This document shows, in pieces, positions 25,904-39,115 of a stretch of 49,748 nt of DNA; positions within the stretch are counted from its first letter, which is position 1, and each line of letters opens with the position of its first letter. Below the pieces are notes generated by a model. That model was given only the letters and a program-made list of their open reading frames with translations. It had not been told where the DNA came from and did no database searches. The position numbers and the translations under genes are program-made. Source of the stretch: Vicugna vicugna (lineage: Eukaryota); the NCBI GenBank assembly GCA_013265495.1, contig MU058636.1:10391066-10440813 (forward strand). The letters run 5' to 3'.

Positions 25904-26211
25904 CACTAGTGAACTTATCTACAAAACAGAAACAGACTCAGAGACATACTAAACAATCTTATGGTTACTGAGGTGAAAGGGGGTGGGATGGGATAAATTG
26001 GGAATTCAAGATTTGCAAATATTAATGAGTATATATAAATAGATAAACAACTTTCTTCTGCATAGCATAGGGAGCTATATTCAATATCTTGTAGTAACCT
26101 ATAATGAAAAAGAATATGAAAATGAATATATGTACATGTAAGACTGAAACATTATGCTGTACACCAGAAATCGACACATTGTAAACTGACTATATTTCAA
26201 TTAAAAAAAAA
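25904..26211 (+). mobile_element. 5'-truncated young L1 3' end
   Basis: GAACTTATCTACAAAACAGAAACAGACTCA...ACTATATTTCAATT then poly-A; degenerate TSD ACT(A/G)AGT(G/T)TGTT. Confidence 0.88.
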
Positions 26212-26651
26212 AAACTGAGTTTGTTAAGAAAAAAACAGAAGTCTGCTAAATATATTCCCTGCATGCTCTTCTTCCTGTCTTCTAAACAATCATCAAATCA
26301 CTTCAGTTAGTTACTTCTACAAATGCTCTCTCCTGTTCTAGATAGTAAGCTGCCTTAGGGCAGACACCACAATTTATCCTCACGTAACAGCACAGAGATG
26401 TGGTGCAAACACTATGTGATCACTAATGTCCACGCAGCTGCTAGCACTTAAATCGCATTGTCTCATGGTCCGCAATACTTCAAGGGGGAAATCTGACCGA
26501 GGCTAGCAATGTCAACAACTATGTAGGATCCAGGTTAAAGACAGGATAGAATATTAAAATACCTGATTATTATACAATCAAAACGTGAAGGACATTTTTG
26601 AGAGAGAGAATGTTTTTACACCTGAGAAATAGTGTTATTTTCTTGACAAAC

Positions 26652-26725
26652 CTGTTTCAGGTGCCTCTTCGGTTACTGCCTTGGGGTCAAAAATATTAAG
26701 TCTCTTCCCCTTGAATATATTTTTC
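26652..26725 (-). CDS. MRPS31: MRPS31 coding exon 5 (74 bp; 80 bp if the acceptor at 26731 is used)
   Basis: Not in the ORF track; read by hand as [24 protein letters not shown]. Acceptors tttcag|ttttag|G; donor G|GTTTGT. Phases match exons 4 and 6. Confidence 0.93.
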
Positions 26726-29117
26726 CTAAAACTGAAAAAAAAATTTATTTTAATGAATATTTTTATACATGGTTAACAAAAATTATTTATGAGGATAAAA
26801 TTTTTATATGAAATATTCAATGTAAAAATTAAAAACAATTACATTGCTCCATACTAGACATTTTAAGAAAATTGACACGTCTTCAGGACTGATAACTAAA
26901 AAACAGGGACAAATGCACCTGAATTTTTACATCATAATACAACAAAGCAATTATAACAGTTTAATTTCCAAAATACCTAACTGAAAAGATTAGCTTAATT
27001 TGCCATAATTTTTATTTCACCCATTTCATATTAAGGTTTTAGAAAACTTGATGTTGTGGAAAGCGATCAAAATATGCTAAATTGGAAGTCATTAAAGTCA
27101 ACGTTTGTCTTACTTAAAGGGTAAAAAACACTGCATGTTTAATTATAAGTTATAATTATAAAAGACTGCATAGAAAAATCAAAACATTCCCACTTACAAA
27201 GCTATCATTCTGTAATTTTAAAATAATGATTAACTTTCTTTACATAGCTATTTTTAATTAACTTGAAATTAATGTCAGAGAGTTAATAGGTAACTTTTCC
27301 TTGTATGTTTTAATCAACTGCTTTATGCATCAATTCACATTCTTGAACAAATTTACTGGCAGATTAAACGCTCGCTTATAAACTGGAGGGTTAGTTTTCA
27401 AAATAATTCTGAATTCTTTTCTACATCAAATTCCTTTTAAATACCACATTAAAATTAAATACAGTGATCTCAAATCACAGAAGCTTTCCTCTCACAGGTC
27501 CCCAAGCGTCTATAAACACAGGCTGCAGAACCATCCTCAGTGCTTCACTCTTCTCCCCACCTGGCATTCCCTCAACTGTGTGTCAGGTCAACAGGGTGAT
27601 GGATTAAAGTAACTCACAGTCAAGAGGGAATAATTCGCCGAAGTATGGAATTTTAAAAGAGGAATGTACTAACGAGAAGGGAAGGGAAAGGACATTTGCT
27701 GTGTATCTACTATATATTGTTTACCCATTTCTGTTCCTCAAGAAAGCCACTTCAGCTAGGTTTCACTTTCAGCATTTCAGAGATGCAGAAGCAGACTGAC
27801 AGGGCTATGGAGCGTGTCCAGTCACAGAATCAGTCACATGCACAGTGCAGCCCACTGTGACCCCAAAGCCAGTGCTCGGGACTCACAGCTTTCCGTCTCT
27901 AACTGAAGGATCAGTGGAGGATATATTTTTGGTGATCAGTCCAGGCCTGGATTGTCTCTGGCTGTCGCAAGTCAGAGCAGGGTCAACAACCTGGTATCTC
28001 ACCATTGCTTCCCTTTATTCTAGAGTCCATTAGTCAGCTTTTCAATGCGATTATTATATGCGCATAAACCCCTTCCATACTTTTTAGCTTTGCCCTTGCC
28101 ACCTTTTAACTTGTGATGACAGCTCAAGTCATTAAAAATCAGCCTCTGATATAGCATTCTGATATAGTTGCATGGCATCATTTCAAAGAAGACTGATTCA
28201 AAGAAGATGAAAGTTAAATATTTTTGAGGAATCTTAAGTTAAACTCCAAGTACACATTCTACTTTATTCAATAATATCATAACATAAAAATCACTTTAAA
28301 TTTGTAATTCAAATAATCTTCCAAAGTCACTGTAACCTCTTGAACTTCCTTTGGTAACTGCTGACCATCTTTTCCAATTGGAAGGAGCTAACTCAGGTTC
28401 CTGAGATTATACATAAAACAAAATCTATGGAATACACAACACAGAAAATACTACAATTGTAAGCACATCCCGCTATAAGGTTTGGTTAGTGTTTGTCAGA
28501 CCGTGCTAAAGATTTGCTTCCCCCTCCCTAACTATCACTTTATAGGTTTGAAGGAGAGAAAGAACAGAAACTTTATGTAAATACAGACAGCTTTCTTTTA
28601 TAAAATAGTATATGAGACTTGGCTTAGCATCTTTAAGAACTGCAAATTACCAAATTCAGATTACCACAAATAATCCAGCACTTTAAGGCATTATATTGGC
28701 TCTTCCTTCTTTTTGTTGATATTGAGTTATTTCTCTAAGGTATGAAGAAAGATGATTACATAGCGAGATAAAAAGGGTACATGAATATACAGTTAGCCAC
28801 ACATCAGAATGAAAAAGAATGCTTCTTGCAAAATATTCATTTGTTCAGGATTCAGTCAGCTCCACTTATTCTAAATCAGGAGACTTTATTCACTGTGGGA
28901 AAATGTGAGGCAGGACCCATTTTGATTTATGGTATAAAAAAATGTAGCCCTGCTAAACCCAGTACATCTTTCCTCTCTAGGAAACGGTACATGGAGGGTA
29001 AGGAGACAGACCAATACAAATGCATCCAGGAGGCTCAGATACCCATCAGCAACAAATGCACAGCAATCAAGTAAATCCACAGTTAAGCAAACAAAACCAA
29101 GGCAGAGCCCTGAATAC

Positions 29118-29258
29118 CTTTTTCTAAGATCGGTGGCCTTCTCCTGGGCAACAAAATCATCAGTTCCTTCATCAAACTGAATCTGATGCACTGGTCTGGT
29201 ACTAGTTCTTGCTGTGGCAGACTTGGCTACTTTCATATCTGATATGATGTTACTGAAA
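29118..29258 (-). CDS. MRPS31: MRPS31 coding exon 4 (141 bp)
   Basis: Acceptor ttcttatttcag|T; reads [46 protein letters not shown]; donor AG|GTATTC. Confidence 0.96.
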
Positions 29259-30011
29259 CTGAAATAAGAAAAAGGTCAAATGTATTAGAAATTTTAGCTA
29301 CAGAAAAGTAATAAACTTCTTAAACATGAGATTCGTATCACTTAATCTTTATTTTACTTCTATGCACTAATAGTGAATAAAAAGTCATGTTTAAATAAAA
29401 GATTGTAGGTTGCATATTAACACCACAGACCACTAAGACTGATGTTGCCTTCTGTGTTTTAAAGGTGTTCTTCAGAAATGTTCATTTAAAACACAATGAA
29501 AAGTGTCCCTTGTGAAAAACTGTCAAACATCCTGAGAAGTTGACATATTATCAATGTCTGTATACCTATCACCTAGATTTAAAAACTATATTAAAGTTGA
29601 AATTTAGCCATGTCTATTTGTTGCCCTGCATTTGTTCAAGTACAAATAAAACAAGTGACCATACTGTGCATAAAACCAGCACATTATTTAACTGGAAAAA
29701 AAAAACCTTCTCAGAGGAACTGTCTTATTCTGTTTTTACGTATTTATTTGTAGTAACTTTACTGAATTTACCATTTCTTTTTCAGGGACAAGAAATGATG
29801 GAACTTCTCAAAACAAGTTTAACCACTGACTTAGTCTTTTAAAACTGTAATGTTATTTAACATATGACTTTTAAAAGAAATCAAATTGCTAATACTTACG
29901 AGGCATATTTTATATATAAATGAATATATTATGTATAGTACTCATCATTCACATGGAAACGGCCTATTTTGAGATATCAGCATCACTGACATGACCACTT
30001 GATTCACTAAC

Positions 30012-30170
30012 CTAATTTTAGGTCTTTCTCCATCTTTCTGTGCCCGCGAGGCTTCCTCATGCTGCTGTAGCTGCTTGAGCAGCTCCGACTTGGTTGTCTG
30101 CTTGTCAAAAGGGAGAGAGTCTGCAACAGCAGATGCGGCCGCCACCAACTCAGGGCTCAGGGACTCACTT
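30012..30170 (-). CDS. MRPS31: MRPS31 coding exon 3 (159 bp)
   Basis: Acceptor tctctttcag|A; reads [52 protein letters not shown]; donor AG|GTTAGT. Confidence 0.97.
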
Positions 30171-32045
30171 CTGAAAGAGAACACAGAAAACAAAGGAGAG
30201 AAAAAAGAGGCATTACTTTAGTTTGGTGGAAAGTAAAATGATTTCTCAGGAGAAAACTTTTTGTCTGTAGTCCAAAAAGTATCATTCAATTTCTGACAAA
30301 GCCAAGAATTCTTTAATACTAGGAATCAGTTTTCTATAAACTTTAAAATGTTCACGGTTAAAGTTAATGGATCCTTGCTGAAGCACAGTAGTAACTCAGA
30401 ACAATATACAAAAGTGGAGGGGTGAGGGATCAGCCTCAAAAATGATGAATCAGTGGATCCTTAGATGCCATTTTATTTTAAAAACAATACACATTACAAG
30501 CAAACATAAAAGTGGCTAAACCTATTTGTACAAACTTCATTCATAATATCCCCAAACTGGAAATAACCCAAAGGTCTACCATTAGAACTGTGATATACCC
30601 ATACAATGGAATATTACTCAGCCCATGCCACAATGTGGATGAAACTGTATGGAAGAAGCTGGATTTTAAAAAGTATATATTGTATGATTCCACTTACATC
30701 ATGTTCTAGAAGAAGCCGAATTAGTCTAAGTTGAAAAAAATCAGAACAGTGGTTGCCTTAGGACAGAAGGTTACTGATGGGGAAGATGAAAATGAGAAAT
30801 GTTCTGCATCTTGGAAAGTGTGTGGGTTACATGGGCACATCCATTTGTCAAAATCCTACAGCCAAGATTTGTACATTTAAGTGTATATAAATTTTACCTG
30901 GAAAAAACCCCCATAAATTATCACTGAGTGAGAGACGGAAAGTGGATGAAGGTATAGATGATACAAGAAGGCAAAATGTGGTATTACTGAAGCTGGGTGA
31001 CAGGTATAAAAGGGTTCATTTTAGGATTCTGGTTACTTTATGTTTTAAATTTTCCAAAAGCTAAAAAATAGGCTAATCTTCAGTGAATTAGGGTACGTTA
31101 AGAGAAACATACGCCAGATAGAAAAGGAAGTTACATTTTTTCAACTCAATGAGAATTACCATCTCAATGAGTAGGATCCAAATTATTGTCCTACTCTATC
31201 TCCCTGGTTTTCTATCTTAGGATCTGATGTCTAACATGCAAATCCAAGTTCCCAAATCCCCAAGGTTGAGCCTCAAAGAAACTGTTAGAGTCTGGTGGCC
31301 CTCAAGGAAGCTGTGAGTGAGGGCTGTAGGAAAATCAGTGCTACTGGAAGCTGGAGGAAAAGGGACACCACCGCTTGAGTAACGTGGAAAATAGGAGGTA
31401 TACTTAGTGAACTGGACGATCTAGCTAAGGAGACTTCCTGACAGAACTGAGGGTGCCTCCTGGGTTCTCAGAGAGAGGTAAGAAAGAACTGTTACACATA
31501 AAGGAGCCAAAACTTGCTGGGATCAAAAATAAAACACTTGTCATTCTTAGCCCTTCCAGATGGCAAATGATGCTAAAATTTAGAAATGGCTTCTGAACAG
31601 AGATCAAATCTAGGGCAGTGTCAGGAAAACATGGTCTAAAGACAAAGCCATGGACATGACTGTAAAACCCTTTGTTAAGGTCTTAGAAAGATTTACAATG
31701 GTGCCTCAGAGTACCTTTCAAACAGACATCCGGAATTCTAAGAAACTTAAAGGTGTGGTCCCAGAGCCCCTAGCAAGGAGCTCGGTGTAAACCAGGACCC
31801 TGGTTCCTGAACTGTGCCCTAGGGCACCCTGGAGCACCACAGGGAAATACTAGCCACATCTGTCAGTGACTGTGTGAACTACTAACTCAAGGTTCACAGT
31901 TTTAACATTAGACAAATGCATTTCTTTCGATGATATCATTCTTTGTGAAATCTTTGGTTTTTCGGCTGCTATGATAAAAAGCAAGAACCGTTCATAAATC
32001 AGTGTGGCACATGGATAAAAGTGGTGGTGTCCAAACTGATTCCAA

Positions 32046-32426
32046 GGCTGGGTCATAAAAACAATACAAATTCCTTGGGGCTCCTTTTCTCTCAGGACAC
32101 TCACTCCTGGAACCCAGCCACCATGCAGTGTGAAAGCCCAGGCCACACAGGCCACATCCAGCTGTTTCTGCCAACAGTCCTGGCTAAGGTGTCAGCTAAC
32201 AGCCAGCACCAACTGCCAGACTGAGTGAGCAAACCTTCAGATGATTCTAGTCCCTGAACTTCCAAGTCTTCCAACTGAGGCCCTAGACATCATGGAGCAG
32301 AGATTAGCCTTCTCCATTGTGCTCTGTCCAAACTGCTGACCCACAGAATCTGTAAGCGTAAAAAATGGTTGTTTCATGCTGCTAAATTTTGGGGCAATTA
32401 TTATGCAGTCATCATCAATAACTACA
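32046..32426 (+). mobile_element. MLT1 (H-like) LTR fragment in MRPS31 intron 2
   Basis: GGAACCCAGCCACCATG...CAGCCAGCACCAACTGCCAGAC...CTGACCCACAGAATCTGT...GCTAAATTTTGGGG. Confidence 0.75.
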
Positions 32427-32428
32427 TC

Positions 32429-32470
32429 AATAAGGGGTTTAAAATAAGGGGTTTAAAATAAGGGGTTTAA
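32429..32470. repeat. 14-bp tandem repeat x3 (AATAAGGGGTTTAA)
   Basis: Three perfect copies immediately after the MLT1 end. Confidence 0.92.
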
Positions 32471-33854
32471 AAATCAAAACAAATGTAACTCATTCACCAA
32501 TCTTTTGTAAGGCCAAAGTCTCTTCTTTAAACATAGGACCACTGATAGAAATTCCAAGGTACATCTTTACATATACACCACACCCATAGTACACCCTCCA
32601 ACACAGCCAATTTTGGTTTCTTTAAAGTGGAAACATGGAGCAAGAACTTAAAATGCTTACAAAGCAATCTGAGTGCAGAATTTCCTAGATTTTTATGTTT
32701 GTCTCATTCATACCTAATTGGAAAGGAATTTTTTAAATGACTGCTACTGAATCTCTGCAAAGCAATCAACTCATTTTAACCATTTCATTAACAGTTAATT
32801 ACATTGTATAATTATAATAAAAAGCACCATGGGTCATAAAAAGGCCTGAGAAGTAAAAAAAAAAACAAAAACTCTAACTCTTCATAAGTATGTATGTTTG
32901 TGTATTACCTAATTCTATATACATATATGTATTTTGTTCTATTTTGTTTCTAAAAAATAGGAGAAGGAGGTACCTATTATGGGCACTCACTGTTTGCATT
33001 AGTTTACTCTCTACCACTCAATTATGCTTTCCAGAGGTAGTTACCATACGATACAATGTAGAATACCATACTTATGAATATCATAGACACCATTAAGATA
33101 CAATGTAGAAACCATGAAGTTCCATAAAAATGTTAAGTCATTCTGGGAAATAGGAATCTATATTATCTGTTTATTCTGCTAAGAGAAGTCATAGCTGGGG
33201 ATCTTAAAGCCACATATCTTATTACTTGAATCAATGACATCAACACATAATTATTTATGTATCACTAAAACAAAATACTGTCATTTAAACTACAACACAA
33301 TGCTAAAATATCACTGATCACATTTAGAATCAGTAAAATATAATACTCTTTTGATAAGCACAAGTAATTACAATCCTTTAAGGAAACAACAAAAGCTGAG
33401 AACCCTGGTAATTACTGATCAAAGGAAGTCATATAAAACAGCTGTAATCAACATGCTAAAATTCCATCCTAGGTGGAATTTTTTAAATAAAAATTTCAAA
33501 TAAACAAGTCCTTCAGAGGCACCTTCAAATTAGGATGTAAATAATTTTTTAATTAATAGCTTAAAGAAGCAATTAAAGGGCAGTTAATAACACTGACAAA
33601 TACATAAAGAATATGTGGAATTCTCAATTAGATCCCTACTCTTTTCTTCTCTCTAGACTATACACAGATATCCCTTTCTTATTTAAATATAGAACAATAA
33701 GAGTATTTCTCAAGTAATTATTAGAGTCTCTGTGTGTACAAACTGATAGTCTTCATTAATTCTGTATCTCCAATGTACTCTCAATTTTTTTTTCCTAAAA
33801 GAAGTTTCAAAAATGACTTTCAAAGAAAAACATTCAGATTGCAATTCAATTTAC

Positions 33855-34139
33855 CTCTTTTGGGGGGCATCTATGGGAGTTTTTTGAGGTCTGCCAATTG
33901 TAGCCTCCAAACTTTTAAGTTGCCTTCTGTTGGGTGGCTTTGTTGTTTGTACATTTACTGTGCTTAAGTCAACTTTCATGCCCTTAATAATATTTATCAA
34001 GTCTTTCTTCGTAGTCTCCTTCACACTCTCTTGGCTCTCTGTCTCCTTGGAAGTCTCATGGGTTGGAACAGACTTCTCATCTTTCTTGCTATAGATCACG
34101 CTGTTAGTGCCAAAATATCTTTGGATATTATTTTTTGTC
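33855..34139 (-). CDS. MRPS31: MRPS31 coding exon 2 (285 bp)
   Basis: Acceptor ttttttctttaatccttccag|G; reads [23 protein letters not shown]...[21 protein letters not shown]...APQK; donor AG|GTAAAT. Confidence 0.96.
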
Positions 34140-36850
34140 CTGGAAGGATTAAAGAAAAAATAGTTATACTATGCAAAATAATTGTTAGGGCTCCAAATGC
34201 TGCTTCGATGTGTTTTAAAATTTTTTCAATTCAAATCCTTCCTTTTTGCTTATTATTGTTGTTAACAACCATAAGGACAACAATTCAATTATCTTTTGAA
34301 CATATACTGTGTGCCTAGTCTTGTGCAACATTTTATATACATTTTCTCACACCCACATCGACTCCAAAGGTATGTATTATCTCTATTTTGCAGATAAAGA
34401 AACTGGAAACCAGAGAGGTGAAGTACTTACCTAAGGTCATGTAACTCAAAGCTCACTAAGGCCTAAGACACAGTGGTGAGCCACAAATGAGTTACAGCTG
34501 TGCTGAGGTATTGCCCACCTAGTGCTCGGGGTGGCCAAGCGAGGCCCAGGGCTCTTGTCTGGTACCCCCTTCCATTTAACTCAAAGTTTGGTACAAATAG
34601 CATTGTCTGTGTGTCCATGACATTTAAAAAATTGCAAAACACTGACATGGTCAATAAATTTCAATTTATTATTCTCAAACCCGAAACTGACAGATTGCCA
34701 AATCCTTGCTCTTAACGTGATAAAATAATAGTTATAAAAAGTCGTAATTAAACAACATGAAAATAAAGAAATTTATATCAATAAAAAAAGCTACTTTCTT
34801 CAAAAAAAAAAATTCCTGGGTGTGATTCTGATCTATTTAACTTTCTCATTGAGCTACATGCCATTTAACCAATCACCATTTGTAAACTAAGCTAAAATGG
34901 AACAGAAAAAAAAGAATATTCAGTAGCTAGAGTTGTTATTCTGCTTGCTTCTTTATATACATTTGTGAAAAAGAACAACACAAATGATCACATCTATTTC
35001 AAACTCATGTAAAAGATCTCTCAATTCTAAAGTAACCCACATACCCAATTTTATTTTGTGCCTTAAAAACCTTTTGATAGTTGATATTGAAGAACTTTAA
35101 AAACTAATGAATGTGTTAGCTTTGTAAGAGGTATAATGTATAAAAAGTCATTTATTAAATATAGTGAATATCTATTCTGTGCTGCGCACTATAGTAGGCA
35201 TTGATAATATTTAGTAAATAAGAATTTCATGATCCCTATCTTTATGAAGCGAACAGGCTACAGCACTGTTTCTGAAACTAATATGCACAACAACTACCTA
35301 GAAGAGTTGTTAAAACACAGATTATTTGGTTTTACCAAGGAATTCTGATTCAGTAGCTTTGGGGAAGGACTCAGTCTGCATTTCTAAGTTCCCAACTAAT
35401 GCTGATGCCATCAGAGAACCACATCTGAGTAGCTGTTACACATGTCATTTAATCCTTACTATTTTTATAGGACAGGTTTCATAGGTTTTATTATTCCCAT
35501 ATTAAAGAAGAAGAAACTGCTGCTCAGAAAGGTTCAAGTAGTAATTTTTAACCTTTACAGGTCATATTAATCATCCAAGGAGCTTATTCAAACCATGGAT
35601 TCCTGAGATTCACAGTTGGACTCAGGCCCAAGGATCTGCATTTAATCAGAAAATGGCTATTTTCAAAAATACTGAAACAAACTATTTGATCTGCTTATAA
35701 AAATGTCAGAGGCTAATACATTAGACACTTAAAAATTAGAATGAAAACCAACTTCATAGCACTTATCTTTATAATCAGTACACAGGACCCTTATAATATT
35801 CAATATATGGTACAACTGAATTTAGGAAAGTGCACCTGTGAAAGTTAATTAATATTACAGGTATTATAACAGAAAGGTGGCAATCAGAGAATGAATCTCA
35901 TATATAACCCATACTCCCATGTTCCCTTCTGAGATTGTTCTAGTACTACAGAAAATAATCTATACTTATACCAGGAAAATCAAGTATAGGAAGTTACTTC
36001 ATAGCAGTAAAATAATAAACTCTAGCCTTAACCTCCCACCTGGCCTTGTTTACGACAACATCTCCTCAGCACATCTAAAACCACATTTAAGAGCTGGCCT
36101 CTCAGACTGGCTTCCCCATATTTCACACTTTTGTGTTGAATGGGCCTCTTACCACAAATAGGTGTTTTTGTATTCAAAAAACTATTATGTATTTTAAAAG
36201 CTTTCTCAAAGCTGCTCCTCATTCTTCCCTTAACAGTACCCTAATTTGTCAAGGCAGCCAGTTGAAATCTTTGCTTTCTCTGACTACTTAACTCATCATA
36301 TGTTCCGTTCCAGCAATTTCATCTGTGCAATTCTTCTCCATCCAGTTACTTCTTGCCACTCCCACTGCTACTAACCTATTTCAGGGTTGTACTTAACCAA
36401 ACTGGCCCCAAACCAATCTGCATGGAATACATATTCAGTAGAATCAAGTTGTCATAATCATGAGAATTCTCAGAAAATAAATACCAACACCGAGTATGCA
36501 GTAAATCTTTTTCTTGCCTGGCTGACTCCAACCCTTGGTTCCCCTTCAGATTTTATCAGACTCCTTTTCCAGAAACGATACTCTGAACCTCTCTTACTAT
36601 GGTTAGGCGTCCCTATTTGCTCGCACAGCAATTACTTGTTCAAGTAATTCTGTAGCATTTTGTGCTACCTACACTATTCCAGCTATTACTCCACTATACC
36701 TGAATTGCCTACTTGGTGTAACTACAAGCTCCGTGATGGTAGGACTGTGTTATTCTGGACTTAACCCCAGTGCTGGCACACGGTAAAGCACTTTCAATAA
36801 GGAACTAAAGAATAAATGGAGGGAGGAATGAGACCATCACAGTTTGGGGA

Positions 36851-36911
36851 AGATAGGTAGATAGATTACATAGATAGATCAGATAGATAGATGGATAGAT
36901 AGATAGAGATA
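36851..36911. repeat. Imperfect (GATA)n in MRPS31 intron 1
   Basis: AGATAGGTAGATAGAT...GATAGATAGATGGATAGATAGATAGAGATA. Confidence 0.8.
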
Positions 36912-37189
36912 AAAAAATAAACTTCGTTTCTGGAACCTGGATAAAAGGGGAGCCGTGGCAAAAGGGATGCAGCGCGGTATGCAGCAGAGCACAGGGCAGC
37001 GGACCAGGCCTGTCACCGGAGCTGTTACCCACGCACCCTACCACCCTGGACAAGTCATTTTAACTTTCTGGGATTTCCCTTTCCTCAGATTTAAAGCAAC
37101 GGCTTCTAAGATCCCGTGGGTCAAACCATGGACCCCAGAAAGCCGGAGAAAGATAACTGAATGTACAGGGAGGGGGACAGGGGTTGCCT

Positions 37190-37620
37190 GAAGATCTGCG
37201 AGGCCAACAGCGCTGAAACGCGGTACCTGAACGTTGTGTGCGGAGAACCGAGTACCACGACCGCAGCCGCCGATGCCTCCGGGCCTCCGGAGCACAAAGG
37301 GAGGCGGGAAAGAGGGCGAAGAGGTAAGACCGCCGAGACTCTTGGAAACATCGCGGAGAAACACTGAACTGAAAACCCAACGGGGACGGTGCGTCCTCTG
37401 CTAAACACGCCCCCCTACTCTCGCTTCCGTTTCCAGCTGACGTGCTCCTCTCCCTTTGTGTTCCGGACGCAAACAGGAGCCGGTAACTGTGTTCCGGGCT
37501 CGCCCGCGGCCGGGGCGGAGCCCGCTGCCTCCTAGCGTCTCCTCCCCTCGGCGATTCTAGTCCCCGAGGTGAAGTCAACTGAGGTCAGCGAGGGTGCAGG
37601 GGAGCAGGCGGGACCTGGAC
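37190..37620 (-). promoter_or_regulatory. MRPS31 CpG island / TATA-less promoter
   Basis: High CpG density around exon 1. ETS/GABP cores (CTTCCG 37424-37429; TTCCGG near 37461 and 37492), TGACGTG at 37438-37444, GC box GGGGCGGAG at 37512-37520. Typical of nuclear-encoded mitochondrial genes. Confidence 0.85.
37227..37351 (-). CDS. MRPS31: MRPS31 coding exon 1 (125 bp; mitochondrial targeting peptide)
   Basis: Translates [41 protein letters not shown](R), matching the mammalian mS31 N-terminus. ATG at 37351 lies in a CpG island. The donor CAG|GTACCG at 37227/37226 is phase 2, compatible with exon 2. Confidence 0.9.
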
Positions 37621-39115
37621 CACAGAGCTGAGTGGAGGGAGCGATCAACTGTGCAAATTCTGCTAATGGGACCAGTATGATGAAGCGCAGAACTGACCCT
37701 ACTGTGTGGCATTTGGGGAAAAAGATCTGTGTCCATCATATTCTCAAAACTATCCATGGCCACCAAGGAAGTTTAAAAAAAAAAAAGTTACCATAGGACA
37801 TACTGTCCGATGAGTTTTGTTGCTTTTCAGTCTGTTCCTGACGTAGAGTCAAAACGTGACATACATGTTTCTCATCTTAAAAATGGCTTTAGAGATTAAA
37901 GGATGCAGAGAAAGACTTGGCTTTTTCCTGCCCTTTATGAAAGCAGTGAACAGTGACCCAGAAGAGATCAGGGATTCTCACATCAGGAGGGGCATGAGCA
38001 AAAACCCCGGGGAAAATGCCGGCTGGTAGGTCACATGGCAACTTCGAGCTTAGAATTCCACACTGTCAGTTGAATATTGACATCAACATTTTCCCTGCTA
38101 CTTCAAAAAACAGTCAGGGTTGGTGGGTATTTTTTTTTTTTTTGAGCTTCTGAAAAAACACAGCTTACATTGGGCCATTGAGCAGATCTTGCTAAGATTC
38201 TCTAGCACTGACAGAACGTTTTGGACAACACTGAACACAGTACACTCGGGATACTTTCCTTTTTATTTATTTATTTATTTATTTTTATTCTGCCTACAAG
38301 TAATGCTCTCTTTTTGGTGGTGAGGGGTGTTTTTTTTTTCTTCCAGTTTTATTGAAATATAATTGACATCTTGCACTGTATAAGTTTAAGGGGTGCAGCA
38401 TAATCATTTGACTTAAATACATCATGAAATGATGACCACAATAAAGATAATTAATAGACTAGTTCCAATTGGCTACAAATTAAACCACAAAAGAACTTCA
38501 ATACATTCTAAGAAAAAAATAGAACTGTCCTTAGAAAAACCATAACTTGTGCAAATTGTCCAGGGCAGTCATTTATGGAAGTAACAAAACATAGCCTAAA
38601 AGAAAATGTTTTTCCTCCTCCTATTCTGGCATTGACTCATCTGTTATTTTCTTCCTTCCCAGTGCTCTGTCGAAATGCACTTTCTAGAACAATGTACCTT
38701 TGGCAAGAGTAATCAAATCAGCTGAAGTAGGTCCTGATATACATCAGTGACTTTGTCCTAAATGTCTCATGAAATTCTACACTAATTAGCTCAACAAGCC
38801 TTCCATGAAAATGAAAAAAACAATCATTCTATATTCTGGTTATCAATTGCTACATAACAGATCACTCCAAAACTTAATGGCTTATTAAAACAACAATTTA
38901 CTATCTCTCATGGGTCTGTGGTTGACTAGGCTCAGCTGGGTGGTTCCTGCTTGGGGTCTCTTATGTGGTTGCAGATGGCAGCCAGTGTGTCCAAGAAAGT
39001 TCTTTTTTTCATTCACATATTTGATGGCTTAGCTGGAACAGCTGGGAGAAACAGGGACTGGCTGGGCAATTCTCTTCCTCTCTATCTCTCTCTCTCTCTC
39101 CCTCCATGAGGCTGC

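Noticed and set aside
32429..32470. Telomere-like or CRISPR-like repeat
   Set aside because: A simple 14-bp tandem triplication; not TTAGGG, no spacers, and the DNA is eukaryotic.
37352..37408. In-frame N-terminal extension of MRPS31 in the ORF track
   Set aside because: It starts at GTG; the conserved start is the ATG at 37351 (MFPRV).
37060..37578. 172-aa and other overlapping ORFs over the promoter
   Set aside because: Stop-poor GC-rich CpG island with non-ATG starts and no recognisable homology.
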